NCBI GenBank assembly: GCA_951406725.2
Contig: OX597821.1
Span: 46,624,001 to 46,688,000 of the forward strand
Length of the DNA: 64,000 bases
Source: Octopus vulgaris
Lineage: Eukaryota
Direction: 5' to 3'
The position numbers and the translations under genes were made by a program. Below the pieces are notes generated by a model. It saw only the letters and a program-made list of their open reading frames with translations, ran no database searches and had not been told where the DNA came from. Positions 39,650 through 53,570 of this stretch are shown in pieces (positions within the stretch are counted from its first letter, which is position 1; every line of letters begins with the position of its first letter).

Positions 39650-40600
39650 CACGACGTATGTCCTCTCTTGTAAAGTAACAAAAAGGGGAGAATATGAGAA
39701 GAATTCAAGTGAATTATATAAAAATGCAGTATTACGTCTCTCTGCGTTCTCATTTCAAAACCTACCTTGGTCATTTACACCGTTTTCTTCCCTTGTTACC
39801 GATAATTTAAGTACCAGTAAAGTAAGTAGGTTAATTGAAATAGTAATCATGATAAACTCAAGTTCTCGGAAAATCTTCCGCAGAAACGACCAGTGTGATT
39901 TTAATTTAAGTGACTAGAACCATTGCAAGTCAAGGAATTGGTTAGTTTAACAATTTGTATATTTTCACAGATAATTTTTCGACTTGATTTAAATTTTCAT
40001 GATTTTACACAAATGTTCTGAAAAAGTGACTGTGGAAATCAGTACTAAACTAGCTTCAGATTTGGATTAATTAACAATTTAGAGTAACGACTTATGCAAT
40101 ATACAAATGAAATTGTGTGTGTTTTGAAATGTTTTATGAAACTTTACTATTCTCGGATTTAAAGGATGAGAGACAGTTCCTTCTGTTTTTTCATAGAAAA
40201 ACTCACCATCCCAATTGTTTTTTAAACATGATCCGTAGATCCTAGTGACCCAATCTGTTGGGCAGCTGGCATATTTAACACTGTATGACTGTTGTTCTTT
40301 TTGTTTATACCGGATTGATTTTTTTATTGGAGTATTCCAGAAACATCCCTTATCCGTAAAGGTGAGGATACATTCTGGTTTTGGTATGCTACCGACATGA
40401 ACATCGCGACAATACAATCGAATATTGTAAATGGTTTTTGGCAACAACGTCAAATATCAGAGCAAGGTAGGGAAACTGCTGATGATATGGGTGATATCTT
40501 TCACGTTGAAACTACACTAGACATTTTCTAATACATGTAGTAGTATAGAAGGGAATTTATTCCCTCTTAATATGTAGGTACCATGTACTGTTCTTTATTT
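39650..40600 (-). pseudogene. Possible Penelope-like RT/EN relic
   Basis: ORF 40079..40453 has FTDKGCFWNTPI and SCLKNNWDGEFFYEKTEG..SHPL (cf. SFDVxSLFTxVP and FYxQxxGxAMGSPL). Confidence 0.4.
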
Positions 40601-40848
40601 TACAGGGACGATTTACTTTCCAGCGTAGTGAAGGTATAGCCTTTTGGATGAGATGTGATGCCTTTCTTCCTACCAGTCTGCCTATATGAATGTATATGAG
40701 TGTACATTAATAGCTAGAGTTAATTATGTAATTACCAAATACTTGGTGATATTTTCATGTAACTCATGGGAAAATTTATTGTAAAAGCAAATGATATTTT
40801 ACAAATATCATTGAAACCTTTCTTTCTACTCTACCAAATATGTTTGTA

Positions 40849-42136
40849 CTCGGTGCATTCCAGACGTTTTGAGACCTTTTTAAAGAGAAGCACTCTTAAC
40901 TGTGTTAGATTATTGTAATTTTATCATGTCATTACTATTCATCTAATAAGCTAACCTGCCAACATTTGTTATTCCAGACTGAAGGAGACAGCTATGATAA
41001 CATTTTTAACACACAATACTATACACTATTTGCCACAGCTGACTAGTTTGCAGAATGCAGTCGGGACGTGAAAGCAATTTGGAAACTTGCTGTGCAATAA
41101 AGATTTGTGTTAAACTGAGCAAAAACGCTAGAAATACTCCAGATTGTTTATGGATTAACTTGTATGAGCCAAGCATCTGTTTTTTTTTTACTGGGAAAAG
41201 AGGTTCGAGGGTGGTAGAGAGGGAATGAGAAACGATGAAACGTTTTGGAGGGAGTGGAGCGTCAGAACATTAGAGCTGTTGGAAAAAATTCGCAATTTTC
41301 TGGATGAAGTTCTTCGTGTGTCTGTAAAGACAAGCATACAGTTTGGAGTTGTACGCAGAATTATTCATGAAGATCTGGATATGTGCAAGATTAGTATTAA
41401 GTTTGACCCCAGAGTGCTCAGTGACAAACAGGTGGGAAGACGCGTTGGTTACAACACGGAAATGGTTGAGCACATTACCAATCTAAAGGAACCTGAGTCT
41501 CTGGTGATTAGTTACAAAAGCTGGATCTACTAATATGATCCAAATATCAAGATTCAGATTGCCAATGGAAGACTCTTGGCCCCCCAAGTCTCAAGAAAGC
41601 CAAACAAAGCAAGTCCATCTGATCCCCTTTTTTAACAACAAGGGCATCATTTACATCTACCGAGTTCTCTATGGCCAGACAGTAAAAAAAAAGTGCTTTG
41701 TGGAGTTTTTGAGGGACTTGAGGAACAAATTTTGTCACAGAAGACCAGACCTCTCCAAGTTGGTAGTACCCGCAGTAGAACAGTGCGCCAGTTCACAATT
41801 CCATTCTGGTAACCAATTATTTGACAGAGATAGGCATCAAAACTCTTTATCACCCTCCCTACAATCTAGACCTTACTGCCAGTGACTTTTGGCTGTTCCC
41901 CAAGCTGAAGGAAAACCTCAGGGGTAATTATTTTGAAAACATTGAAGATGAAGGCTGTTCCATAATTCCTGGAAAGCTTCCCATTGAGGACTTCCGTGAG
42001 GCTTTCACGAAGAGTCTGGAGCGCTACAAGAGGATTGAAGTCAGAGGATCCTATTGTGAAAGAGATTACAGTTTTGTACGTTGAAATCAATGTTTCTCTT
42101 TAAGACGGCGTCTCAAAACGTCTGGAAAGCATCTCG
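40849..42136 (+). mobile_element. mariner (DD34D) transposon, full length (~1.29 kb), defective
   Basis: TIRs share ttccagacgttttgagac (40858-40875 / 42110-42127), with TA on the left. AIKICVKL, KFDPRVL, KSWIY and HPPYNLDLTASDFWLFPKLK; many stops. Confidence 0.92.
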
Positions 42137-42830
42137 CACATATGTATATATTTGTATGTGTGTATATGTGTATATTTTGGTATATATGTATGCATGTATG
42201 CGAATTCATGTGTGTATGAGGAGATGGGAGATCGATCTGTTCTAAATTTCCTTTCTGTAAGCTTCAGGGAAACATGTAGGAAAGTTGGTTTAAGAAATTA
42301 AAAATAGAAATAGATGCAGTAAAATAGTTCTTATAAGGTTAAATATGTCTCGCTGTATTTCTGGCAAAGAAAATTTTGCTGTAGGTTTCACACTCTGAAT
42401 ATATGTAAATATGAGCACAGCGAAGAATAGTATGCACTGGTCTTAAAGTGTGCGATAATTGAATGCCATTTTTCGCTTAAAGCGTTGAACTAAAAATCCT
42501 TCCAAGCACGAAACCACATCACTTACAATAATCTACGAAATATTACTGTTGAATTGCGTTTGCTTTACCATTCATTTGTTGGCCTGCCAAATTCACAGCT
42601 ATTCACAACTAGTGCTAATCCTTTATACATTTTTCAACACTTCTTTCAACATGCGTGTGTATACGTCTTTGTGAATGTGCGTGTGTGCGCGTGCGCGCAC
42701 GTATGCTTATGTGATTGCAAGCATATGTATATACAAGTAAGTGGACAACCGAAATAAAGCAGCACTCATATTTGGTAGGAATTGTATATAGTTCTTAATA
42801 ACAGCTTGATTCAATTCTGTATCACTTAGA

Positions 42831-43763
42831 GCTCCAAGGGCTGATCGGACGAACCCATCTCATCTGATATCTAGAGAAGAGTAACGGGATTTGAGACAGA
42901 TTTAATATGGATTTTTAATGCTCGACCTCTATCGGCCAATTCAAGTCACGGGAGATCAGTGATGCAGACGTGGCATCAGTTCACTTTAATCATAAATATT
43001 TGCAGGTAGCTGCCTCCACTATGCCTACATGCAGCAGTAGAGTGCACTTAGCGACATCAGTTCATGGTATTTGATACCACGCACAGGGTAGGTTTGAGTG
43101 TGTTGGCTGGTAAGTTAGGTGGTCTTACAGTGATCCACCAACAAATTAGCGGTGGCAGCAATTATGTGGGTAACCAGATTTGACAGTCTATATTTAAAAT
43201 TGAGGTAGGATAACCATTATAGGCCGGACTATATATACTCTGTACAGCCGGCAGTGATTAAATACTCTCCCCTTCTAGGGTTGTATATATGGATTTCAGC
43301 TGCCAGTGGCTTTAAAGTCCATTAACAAGGCATACCTTTGGTGGCAACAATAAGAAAATCCTTTCTTTCTTGCTGAAGTATGTGAAGTCTCTCGGGAAGA
43401 CAGTGTTAGCAATTGCGAGTTGTTTCAGGTAATGATATTTCACTTGTTGGGGGAAGTAGTTCGATGGTCACGAAACAGGAGGGTGGAATATTCCATATCA
43501 CTGCAATTGAAGGAATGTAGTAAAAGCCGCGTATATCTTCATTTTAAGGCACTCTCGAGTAGTGTCTTGTGATGCCATCGGATGAGGGTAGCTGAGCCGA
43601 TGTCGTTGCATAGACTATACCGCACGCAGCTCCCTCATGTCGCTTCCGTGGCCTGATCTGACCAATGGAGGCCTATTCTCTCGAAGCCATTTTGAATTTG
43701 TCTCAAATCCCGTTACTCTCTAAAGGTCTGATAACATAGGTTCGTCCTACGAACCCACAGAGT
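42831..43763. repeat. ~930-bp segment bounded by long inverted repeats
   Basis: Perfect 21-bp inverted core agagtaacgggatttgagaca (42878-42898 / 43699-43719), with weaker similarity over about 120 bp. Confidence 0.8.
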
Positions 43764-44123
43764 TTTATAGTTCATAAAGAGCGGAAGCAAACTGTTATTA
43801 AAATCCATTGATGTACATACATACATACATACATACATACATACATACATACATACATACATACATACACGCACATACTCACGAACATCTATACATATAT
43901 ATATATTTAAAAAAGGAGATGTGGAACACGAGCTGTGATATATATATATCTGATACAGTCAGATAAGAGAAAAAAATCAATCAGAAAGGAACTTTATCTC
44001 ACTCAAAATATCTTTTGATAAGCATAACAAATGCGCAACCGGTAAAAAGAACTTTCACCTAATTAAATACACTCTCCCTTACTTAAATTATTTTGTCAGC
44101 ATTTTCTTCATTTTCTTCATTTC

Positions 44124-44201
<78 letters not shown>

Positions 44202-46610
44202 GTGCATATATGTATCACTTTAAAATATGTAGAAAATTAAAGAATGCTCTATTAGTCTAATTACTGCTTATACTGAGGAGTGGAATCGATATGTAGCAGG
44301 CTGTAACTAGTAACTGTTAGGTTTTTACTCGCTGTTATAATTATGCACATTTTATCGGCCAAAATTCTTTGAAACTCATTTCCTTTGTTCACCAAAGAAC
44401 AAAGGCTTCCGAGGATTATGTTTCCTTGTCGAGGTCTAATAAGATCAAAAGATGTCCATAGCTGTCACCTTGTCTGCTATCAAAGATTCGCTTTCTCTCC
44501 AAATACTTCAATTCAACTTTCTGTGAAATTAATTCTTAATTTCTTATGATTGTATCATTGCTGTCTCGCCATAAACTACTGCTTGTAAACTTTGTTTATT
44601 TTCTCCACCGAAGAAGCATATTTTAATTCATTCTTTTGCGTGTAATTTATTCAACATATTAGCCACACTCACAAGAAATATTAAAATAAAATTAGTAGCA
44701 AACTCTTATAACAGCTATTTAATTTTACCATGAATATGTTTATGTGCATAGTATAGCTTTGAAGTCTTCGTGGGTGGGGTTTAACGTGTATTTACAAACA
44801 CTAGATTATATTTCTCTTAATATTGTTGACTGGAAGTTGGATACTACCTGCTTTAAGTATTATTTTAACTGTCTCATAAAAATGGATAAAAGGTATTAAA
44901 AATAAATATGATTATATGCAGACAGCTGCGGTATATTTTATTATTATTCTGTTGCTAAGGAATTAGGCAAGTCCAGAGGCGAAGAAAAGATTCTGTAGCA
45001 ATACAATATTGAGAAGTTAGCTGTTTATTTTTTCTTTTCAGGGTGAATTTAACTGAAGAAAAAGAAATACTCATCTGAGTGAAAATGCTAGTGGATTGGA
45101 AAGGAGAAGAATCGAAGGTGACATCAGTTGAATATCTATTCCTGCAGACACGATAGTAATCGTTGCTTAGCGATGAATTAGATTTTGAACTAGATCTGAA
45201 AGAGTTGTCTGTTGACTATCGTTTCCTTGACAAAAGAAAATGACGATACAAGATGTCAGCTGAAAAGGTTGAAAGTGATGAATTTCAACATTGTAACGTA
45301 CATGTGCGTGTATCCATAAAAGTATAATGGAAAACTGATTGGAATAGCGAATAAAGGAAGTTTACGGAAACAAGTTTTGAGGCCGGAGTCAAAAATCCTG
45401 TGTAGATTAACAACTTTGTGATTATTTATTATGAGACGAATGCTTTGGATGTTCAGAAATACATCTAATCAAGTAGTTAAGAGGTGGAGTGGGAGAATAT
45501 TTCATTATTGTTATTGATAATTGTAGTAAGATTCGGTCGTTTTCATAGAGCTGATTGTATTAGGTGCAATCACAAAAGGAATATTCAGTAAAAATAATGT
45601 TAACCTACTTCATTTATGAGCTTTATCAAATAAGTATCATCGCGTATCGAATCGCTGCTGCTTTATTAAATAGATTTACATAAAGGTCTAGAGGATAAAC
45701 CAAGCACTCATACAAAAGGAATATGGAAGGATCAAGAAATAAAAGACAATTTCAGAAGGATTACAATGACTACGTCAACTTTATAATGGACGATGTGAAA
45801 AGAAAAGACACATTTAAATAGCATCAATGAAGATAGGGCAGTATTTTCCATCGTTCCCTGTCAATTAGTATGATTAAAGTCTGTGAGATCGCCTGCATTA
45901 TGAATAATCTGAGGCGACTGCGACTGCTACTCAGAAATAGAAACCTCGATCCTACGGATTAGAGAGCCATTATCAATGAAGATTTATGCGATTTACGGAA
46001 ATATTTCTAAAACTGAAAGAAAAGGGAATATATGAACAGTATTGATGTTTCATGAATTATCGATTCAACTGAATGTGTTATCGCTGTTCGTTTGCCCCTC
46101 TTTAAAACTAAATGCCAGTTAAACAAGAATGTTGAATTCATACGTAATCAACGAATGATTCTATTCGCAGTTGCTTAATATCTGATTATTTATCGAATCG
46201 AAGATGTATCTCTTTTTTTTCTATTTTATTTCACAATTAATTTCCACACACTCGAACAACGTTAATACGTTTGACATGCCACAGACACTATCTCATATTC
46301 AGGTTGATTTAAAGTTATAAACAAAATTCCAGTGGAACATGCACTCAGCACCTAAAGTTTTTTTCCAACGTTCTAGTTAGGTGCTAAATCGATTGTCTTT
46401 TCTGTTTCAGGTTTCAAACATTGCACTTCAACTTAGCAGGGGCCTGGCTTCAGACGTTTCAATCGATCATATTGACGTCACTACACATTTCAGTCTGTTA
46501 ATTATTGTATCGATGAATATGCTATCGTTATGTTACAGATTTATTGTAACACTGGCTTTCTATTTCAAGTCACAAATACGATGGGATTGAAAAATTTCCT
46601 TTTCAAGGCT

Positions 46611-46740
46611 TGTATGTATGTATGTATGTATGTATGTATGTATGTATGTATGTATGTATGTATGTATGTATGTATGTATGTATGTATGAATGTATGTATG
46701 TATGTATGTATGTAAGTATGCATGCGTGTATGTATGTATA
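46611..46740. repeat. (TATG)n microsatellite
   Basis: Direct reading. Confidence 0.95.
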
Positions 46741-48339
46741 TATGTATACATACACACACACACATATACGCGCACACACAAACACACACAAAGTAACACA
46801 CACATACACACACACGTATGCATGGATGTATGTATGTGTGGAGTGGAGGTGTAATTGTATATAGATATATGTTTGTGTTTGTGTGTGCATGCAAATATGT
46901 ATATATACAATACATATGATATGATATGATATATATATATATATATATATATATAATCGATTAATGAAACAGAATGTGGATTTGGTATTAGTGTTTATTC
47001 CGTACGACTATCGTTTTGACCCATTCTGTCCTTTATGTGTGGTATGATATACATCATTTTGTGTTGCATCAGTTCACACACGTGTAGTTAAATACGTCAC
47101 TATGTATGTACACATGTGTATACATATACTTGTATACGTACGAGTGTGTCATGTCGTCTGTGACCGATGGACGAACCGACAACCCAACGTGCTATTGATA
47201 AAGCACGCGTAACACAGTCTGTCACATGACACCTGCCAGACTCCCGTCTTCATGTCAAAGTAACCGTGATGACAGACTTTTACTGCATTTATCTTCCGAT
47301 CACTAATCGTAGGACTGTAAGTGCTTACGGCCCACGTGGGTCAGGGTGAATGTGGGCGCCTACGTCTCTCTGTCAGCGTATGTACGTGTTTGTGTGTGAA
47401 TGTGTATGTATGTGCCCATACACATCCCATCCCTCCCCGTGTTAGCAAGTGTATTACCTTTAAACTTAACGCAATCTAATCCCTCTTTAACAGGCCTCAC
47501 CCCTTCTATATTTAATCCTTCGTTAACAGGTTTCGCCCTATCTATATCCCTTCCCACAAACTTTCTGTTGTATATCTTCTTTTTTTTTGTACAATTTATA
47601 TTTTATATTTACAATTATTTATGAATATTTAACATAAGGACAATCGTAGCAAAACCCTATTTTCTAACGAAGCGGGCAAAAACTAACATGACTGCCTGAA
47701 CTCAGTATTTTTAACGGGACACCACTTTATGTATGCATGTACCTGACATGACTCAGACTGCAAAACTGATGCAGCACAATATGAAGTACATCATCCCAGA
47801 CATAAAGAGCAGTCGCAAGGATGGGTCGAAGCGATCGTCGTACGGAATAAAGACTAATAACAAACCCATCCTCTGTTTCATTAGCTGATTATTATAAAAA
47901 CTAAAACTGCGGAATTGCTAAAGTGGATCCAACGGAAATATACCCCAATTGCGGATGACACCAGGTAGCCCAAACCGTGCTAGTACTTTACTCAACGCAT
48001 CAACACTCTAATCCACACGAGTCAAAAAATTACGTATATACGTGTGTATGTACAAATGCGTGCTGAGACTATGCCCGTTCACATGTATCACATTCGCCTG
48101 CCTCACCATTCGTTTAAAGATTTTACCGGAGTGCAGCACCTCCTCCTTCCTCACCTTCCCCTCCAATTAAAACTTGAAAAAGTTGGCGAGGGCTTGTCCA
48201 AAGAGGAAGATGCCGCTCGACTGTCCTATTCTGTCTCGTTTACATTACAACCACTTCCCCATAACTACCTGAAGAGAAAAATTACTTCAACATGGCTGAT
48301 AGACGAATCTATAACACGTAACAATAACAATAACTAATC

Positions 48340-51300
48340 GAAAATGTACCTACAGGTCAGTAATACAAGTTTAATGAACAAGTATGTGTAAAAGTGTTTC
48401 GCCACTCAGCGCCCATAACCGACAGATCCGGCTGGCGACACTTCCGAGCTTTTAAAGTTGGTCTCCGATTGGCATCCCGCCACCCCGATATCATTGTAAG
48501 GCCAAAACGTCTACAAATTATCTATAGTTCCAGCGCTGAACAAACTAGCCAGCTAAGTCATACTGACGCCTAGAGTTTCCTTAGTATGTCTTTCCCCCAT
48601 TAGTTGTCTAACGAAAGACAACACATGACCTTGCAGGTGGGGCCCAGTTGGAATTTTCTTCTTGTCGAGTAACCCATCTCGCTCAAACAACGAAAGACAA
48701 CAAGCCCAGACCGTACGAATGTATAAGGATGAGCAAAATGCACCAAACCAGAACATCACAGAGAAAAATATGAACAAGAGGGAATGCGAAAGAAATCTAA
48801 AACCTGGAAACAGTGAAGGTGAAACTAATGACTATGATACTCTAAAAATGAGCATAATCAAAGCCACAGATCTGGGTATGGACCACCAATTGTTCCTCCC
48901 AACGATTAAAATTGATAATAAAAAAGATCAATAATAAATAACGTGAACCTGGCCGTCACAGAACTAATAGCCATAGAAACAAATATCAATATGACCTGGT
49001 TAAATTATATAATATATGCAGCAGCCTCTGTGGCCAGTAAACAAGGTGAATACTCCCTAAAACTCATATAGAAATATCGCGACCCAAACAAACCAATAGA
49101 AATATCGCGACCCAAACAAATCCTGTGGATAAATAATATCCAGAAAAAATAGAAAATAAGAGAAAGGATCTCTCAATGTTTAATGAAATTGGTAGACAAT
49201 CAACACTACAAAGCAACAATAAAAGAAGAAAAATACTACGTAAGTACAAAATTACAGAACTTTGGTATACCTGAGGTAAAAGAACAGCTGAAGCAAGATA
49301 TCCTCACCAAAGCACAAAGAATCCACTGGTGTGAGAAACGCTAACGATTCTTTGAACAAAACACACAGTTCAGCTCCAAACCCAAATGATTCTACCGAGA
49401 ACTTGGCAGAAATAAATTAGAGAGCAATGCAGCATTAACAGCAGAAGAGGAAGAATTTTGGAAAGAAATATGGTTGGCGAAGGAACAACATCAGGAAAGG
49501 TCTATCAAAACAACGAACACAGTACATGAACAACTCTGGAACCCTATAGCAACTGAAGAGGTTACCCAGGTACTGCAAAAACTAAGCAACTGGAAGGCAC
49601 ACAGGCACGACAAGATCCCCAACTTCTGGTTAAAATACCTAACAGGAACACATAAAAAGCCGGCTGAGAAAGTTAATGAAATACTAGCAGAGCCAGAAAC
49701 AATGCCTGAATGGCTCACGGAAGGGAAAACTATCCTAATTTCCAAATCTACTGAAACGGCAAACCCGCAAAACTTGTCTCTCTACAATTTATAAAGCTTT
49801 TACTGCAATAATATCGCAGAGAATGGGCAAACATATGAAAGAAAACAAGCTGTTTCCAAAGGATCAGATATGTTGCTGCAAGGGCTCATATGGCTGTAAT
49901 GATCAGTTACTGTATCTATGTAAGGCCCGGATCGATTACCGAAATGATTTTGATAGTATTCCCCACACATGGATCCTAGAAACACTAGCAAAAAACAAGG
50001 TAGCACCAATAATCATAAAGTATATAAAACATTCCATGAATAAATGGCAGACAGTGCTACAGCTTAAGACAAAAGAGGGACTTATAAAAACTAAAGCCAT
50101 CCCCATTAGAAGAGGAATATTCCAGGGAGACATGCTCTCTCCACTCCTTTTCTATTTGGTGTTGACACCTTTATCTGACATGCTTAAATAGAACTGAATG
50201 AGGATACAACTGTTATGGCAAAACAGTCAGCTACCTTTTTTTTTATATATGAATGATCTAAAACTACGCTACAAATGATAAACAGCTAGAAACATTAGTA
50301 CAGACTGTTCATTGATTTAGCAAAGAAATAAACATGAAATTTAGCTTCGAAAAATGTGCCAAAGCAACCTTGAAACGAGGAAGACCAATTAAGATTAGCA
50401 ACATCACACTAGAGAAAGCAAATGAAATAAGAGCATTAGACAAAAGCCAGACATACAAATACTTAGGAATCAATGAACTAGATAGAGTAAACACACACAC
50501 AAATGAAAGAGAAGATAAGAAAAGAATGCTATAGACGAGTTAGATTGATACAGAACTCAATTCGAAAAACAAGTTAATAGGTAACAACACTTTAGCCGTT
50601 CTAGTTATAAGTTACAGCTACAATATTCTTAACTGGACTCTACTTGAACTAATCAAAATAGACAGGAAAACAAGAAAAGTAATAACCGGATTTAGGTCAC
50701 CCAAAATCTCAGCAAAGAAAACTAATACAAATAGCCATAAAACACGAACAAAGCAAAAGCTCACAAATACAAAAAAGAAGTCATAGTACCTAACAACTAT
50801 GATAAAAAAAGAAGAAACAACAAAAATCCAAACTAAAACTGGAACAGCAAAGGATCATGATAAAACGATAGCAGGAAAAGCCCATTCATGGCAAATATTA
50901 GGTTAAACTAAACAGAAAAAAAAAATAGGCAAAGCAAAATCCCAACAATGACTGAAAAGCTCAGGGCTCAAAGTAGAGACTGAAGGATTTTTAACTGCAG
51001 CAAAAGATCAAAGCCTTCCCACCAGAAATTACCAAGAATGAAATACAAGTAACTGAAGAATATGTGGTGATGGAGAAGAAACAATAAATCATATTGTCAT
51101 TGGCTGCCCAAACTGGTTAAGAAGGAATATATTTACAGACACGACAGAGTTGGGACCTATATACACTTGAAGCTATGCCAACATTATGGAATAACAACAG
51201 AAAAAAGATGGTATAGGCACACAAGCCAGAGAAGGTCACAGAAAATTAGAAAGCAACCATACTCTGGGATATGCCAATACATACAGATAGAGAAATTAAG

Positions 51301-51712
51301 GTCAATAGGTAGGATATAGATTTTAGAGATCACCAAGGGAAAAAAATGCTTTCTAATCGATGTATCAGTTCGAACAGGTGACAATATTTCTCAAAAAGAA
51401 ACTGAGAAACTTTCAAAATACAAAAATCTGGAAATAGAGGTGACTGGAATGTGGAGCCTAAAAACAGAAACAATTGGTATTATAGTTCCCCCATTAGGTA
51501 TTAAAAATTCAGATAAATACATAACAAAAACACCAGGACTGACAAGTATATATAACATACAGAAAATAGCACCACTAGGCACCGCATATATCCTACGTAA
51601 AACACTTTGAATACAGCAAAAATTTGAGCACAACAGACTACGGCAATTACCCAAGGCACAGAGCAGTACTTGGTAGTGCAGTGAAAGCACGAGATAAAAA
51701 ATCAAACTACTT
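48340..51712 (+). mobile_element. R4/Dong-clade non-LTR retrotransposon, near full-length, inactivated
   Basis: Single disrupted ORF with NWKAHRHDKIPNFWLK, PEWLTEGKTILI, IDYRNDFDSIPHTWI, RRGIFQGDMLSPLLF, YMNDLK, YKYLGI, CCHC (ETINHIVIGCP), RHD and REL (CFLIDVS..EKLSKYK). 3' end followed by (GAT)(AAT)n at 51713-51776; 5' side preceded by aacaataacaataac. Confidence 0.93.
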
Positions 51713-51725
51713 GATAATGATGATG

Positions 51726-51776
<51 letters not shown>

Positions 51777-51777
51777 T

Positions 51778-52014
51778 CGGGCAATAGCATCACTTAGGTA
51801 TGGAGCAGAAATTATAAAATGGCAAAAGAGACAGATGATGATGATGTATAGCAAAACCAGAAAAAATGTTGAAAATACACAGAGCCTTCCACCCTAAGAG
51901 TGACACCGATAGACTGTACATGTCCAGAAGAAAGGGTGGCAGAGTTTGGATCAGTTGCCAGGACTTTATTGAGGCAGAGGAAAACAGCTTAGTGTGGTAT
52001 ATAAAAAATGAGCG
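51778..52014 (+). pseudogene. R4/Dong-clade LINE internal fragment
   Basis: [33 protein letters not shown], starting directly after (AAT)n. Confidence 0.85.
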
Positions 52015-52042
52015 TTGTTTTTTTATATATTTGTGTGTGTGC

Positions 52043-52092
<50 letters not shown>

Positions 52093-52122
52093 ATATAATA
52101 TATAATATATGTATATATGTGT

Positions 52123-52173
<51 letters not shown>

Positions 52174-52199
52174 CATACATACATACATACCTACATACG

Positions 52200-52259
<60 letters not shown>

Positions 52260-52419
52260 CATATATATATGTATATATGAAATAGAGCCGGAGAGGTGAA
52301 CGTAGAGGAGATAAATGACATCGTATGAATGAGAAACGAAGGAGGGGGTGAAAATGGCGATAAATTTTTGAAGTGTAAGTATGTGTGTGTGCGTGTACGA
52401 GAGAACCATGGGAAACTTT

Positions 52420-52631
52420 ACATGTACATGTAAAGAAAATTAAAAAAATACTCTAAAATCCTTGTCCGGCAACTGATTGATCCCCAAATCTAATCAGTTT
52501 GTGCCAGAAACGAGGCCAAACATCCCTGAAAGTTTCATCCGAATCCATTAAGCAGTTCTTGAGGTATCTTGTCCACGGACAAACAAACATGGCTTAAAAC
52601 AATAACCCCGCCTTCGCTAAGGCTGAGGTAA
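52420..52631 (+). mobile_element. Probable Helentron-associated (HINE-like) non-autonomous element, 3' part
   Basis: aaagtttcatccgaatcc...(acaa)n followed by terminal hairpin acc-ccgcctt-cgct-aaggctg-aggt (52605-52629). Confidence 0.5.
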
Positions 52632-52693
52632 CAACAACAACAACAACAACAACAACAATAATAATAATAATAATAAAAATAATAATAATAATA

Positions 52694-52737
<44 letters not shown>

Positions 52738-52744
52738 AGTAATA

Positions 52745-53301
52745 TTTGACCTGATGCAGTACCAGGCAATGTCTTTCATAGCTTTCGATCGTAACTGATT
52801 GGAAGTGTTATCATGTATATTGTTTTATCTTGGTATAAAAGATGGGCTGCAGCAAATATGCTGCTCAATATCACATATTTGCTTGTCAGTTGTTTGAGCT
52901 TAACCAGTTCAGCAGGTCCCTTAGTGGCGTACGATATGTGTATCTCTGATCATGAGCAGAAGTGGAGGATCATCATAGCCATGTGTTCAGGGGAATTCTT
53001 TGGGGCTTGAATAATTCACCTGTGGAATCATGGGTGTTTAGTTCAACATCCTCAAACAACCCATATTCAGGGACCTTTTGAGCGGTATGGGCTACTCAAC
53101 CTGAAGAAGACTCCAACTGGGCTCCAACCGCAAGGTCATACGCTGTTTATCTTGATATGAGATCATTATGTCGTGCACATATTGTTGTGATGCATGTGCC
53201 TAGTGTACCCATATCAGACAGGTAGTCATGATAGATTTATTGGGCTTTGTATATTTTATCCTAGTGTCACTTTGATGGCATGCACTACTCTCTCACTCAA
53301 T
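52745..53301. repeat. Repeat family D, ~550-bp non-autonomous element
   Basis: Homologous to 28724-28855 and 31597-31694. Segment 53078-53141 is reverse-complement-similar to 48624-48687. Preceded by (AAC)n(AAT)n(GAT)n. Confidence 0.7.
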
Positions 53302-53570
53302 ATCATCTCCGTTGGCGAACGGACAGAAGTGTTTAGTGGCATTTTTTTCTGGCTCTTTACGTTCTAACTTCAAATTCCACCGAGGTCGACTCTCAAGATC
53401 GACAAAATAAAATACCAGTTTAGCACTGTGCTTATAATAGAAAGGATTATTGTTCAGGTTACTCCTCCTTATCCATAGCCATCTGTTTTTCCGTTTACAT
53501 CTCTTGCAAACTGACCGTACATTTTTTCATGCCGTTTCTTTTTCCGTGTTCATTTCTTTTATTATTAATA

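Noticed and set aside
46381-46590. Possible exon after a splice acceptor at 46410
   Set aside because: No recognisable protein similarity, no convincing donor site and no partner exons.
47440-47690. 36-bp doublet giving a 12-aa repeat ORF, and a Helitron-like 3' end
   Set aside because: Only two diverged units, and no clear CTRR terminus.
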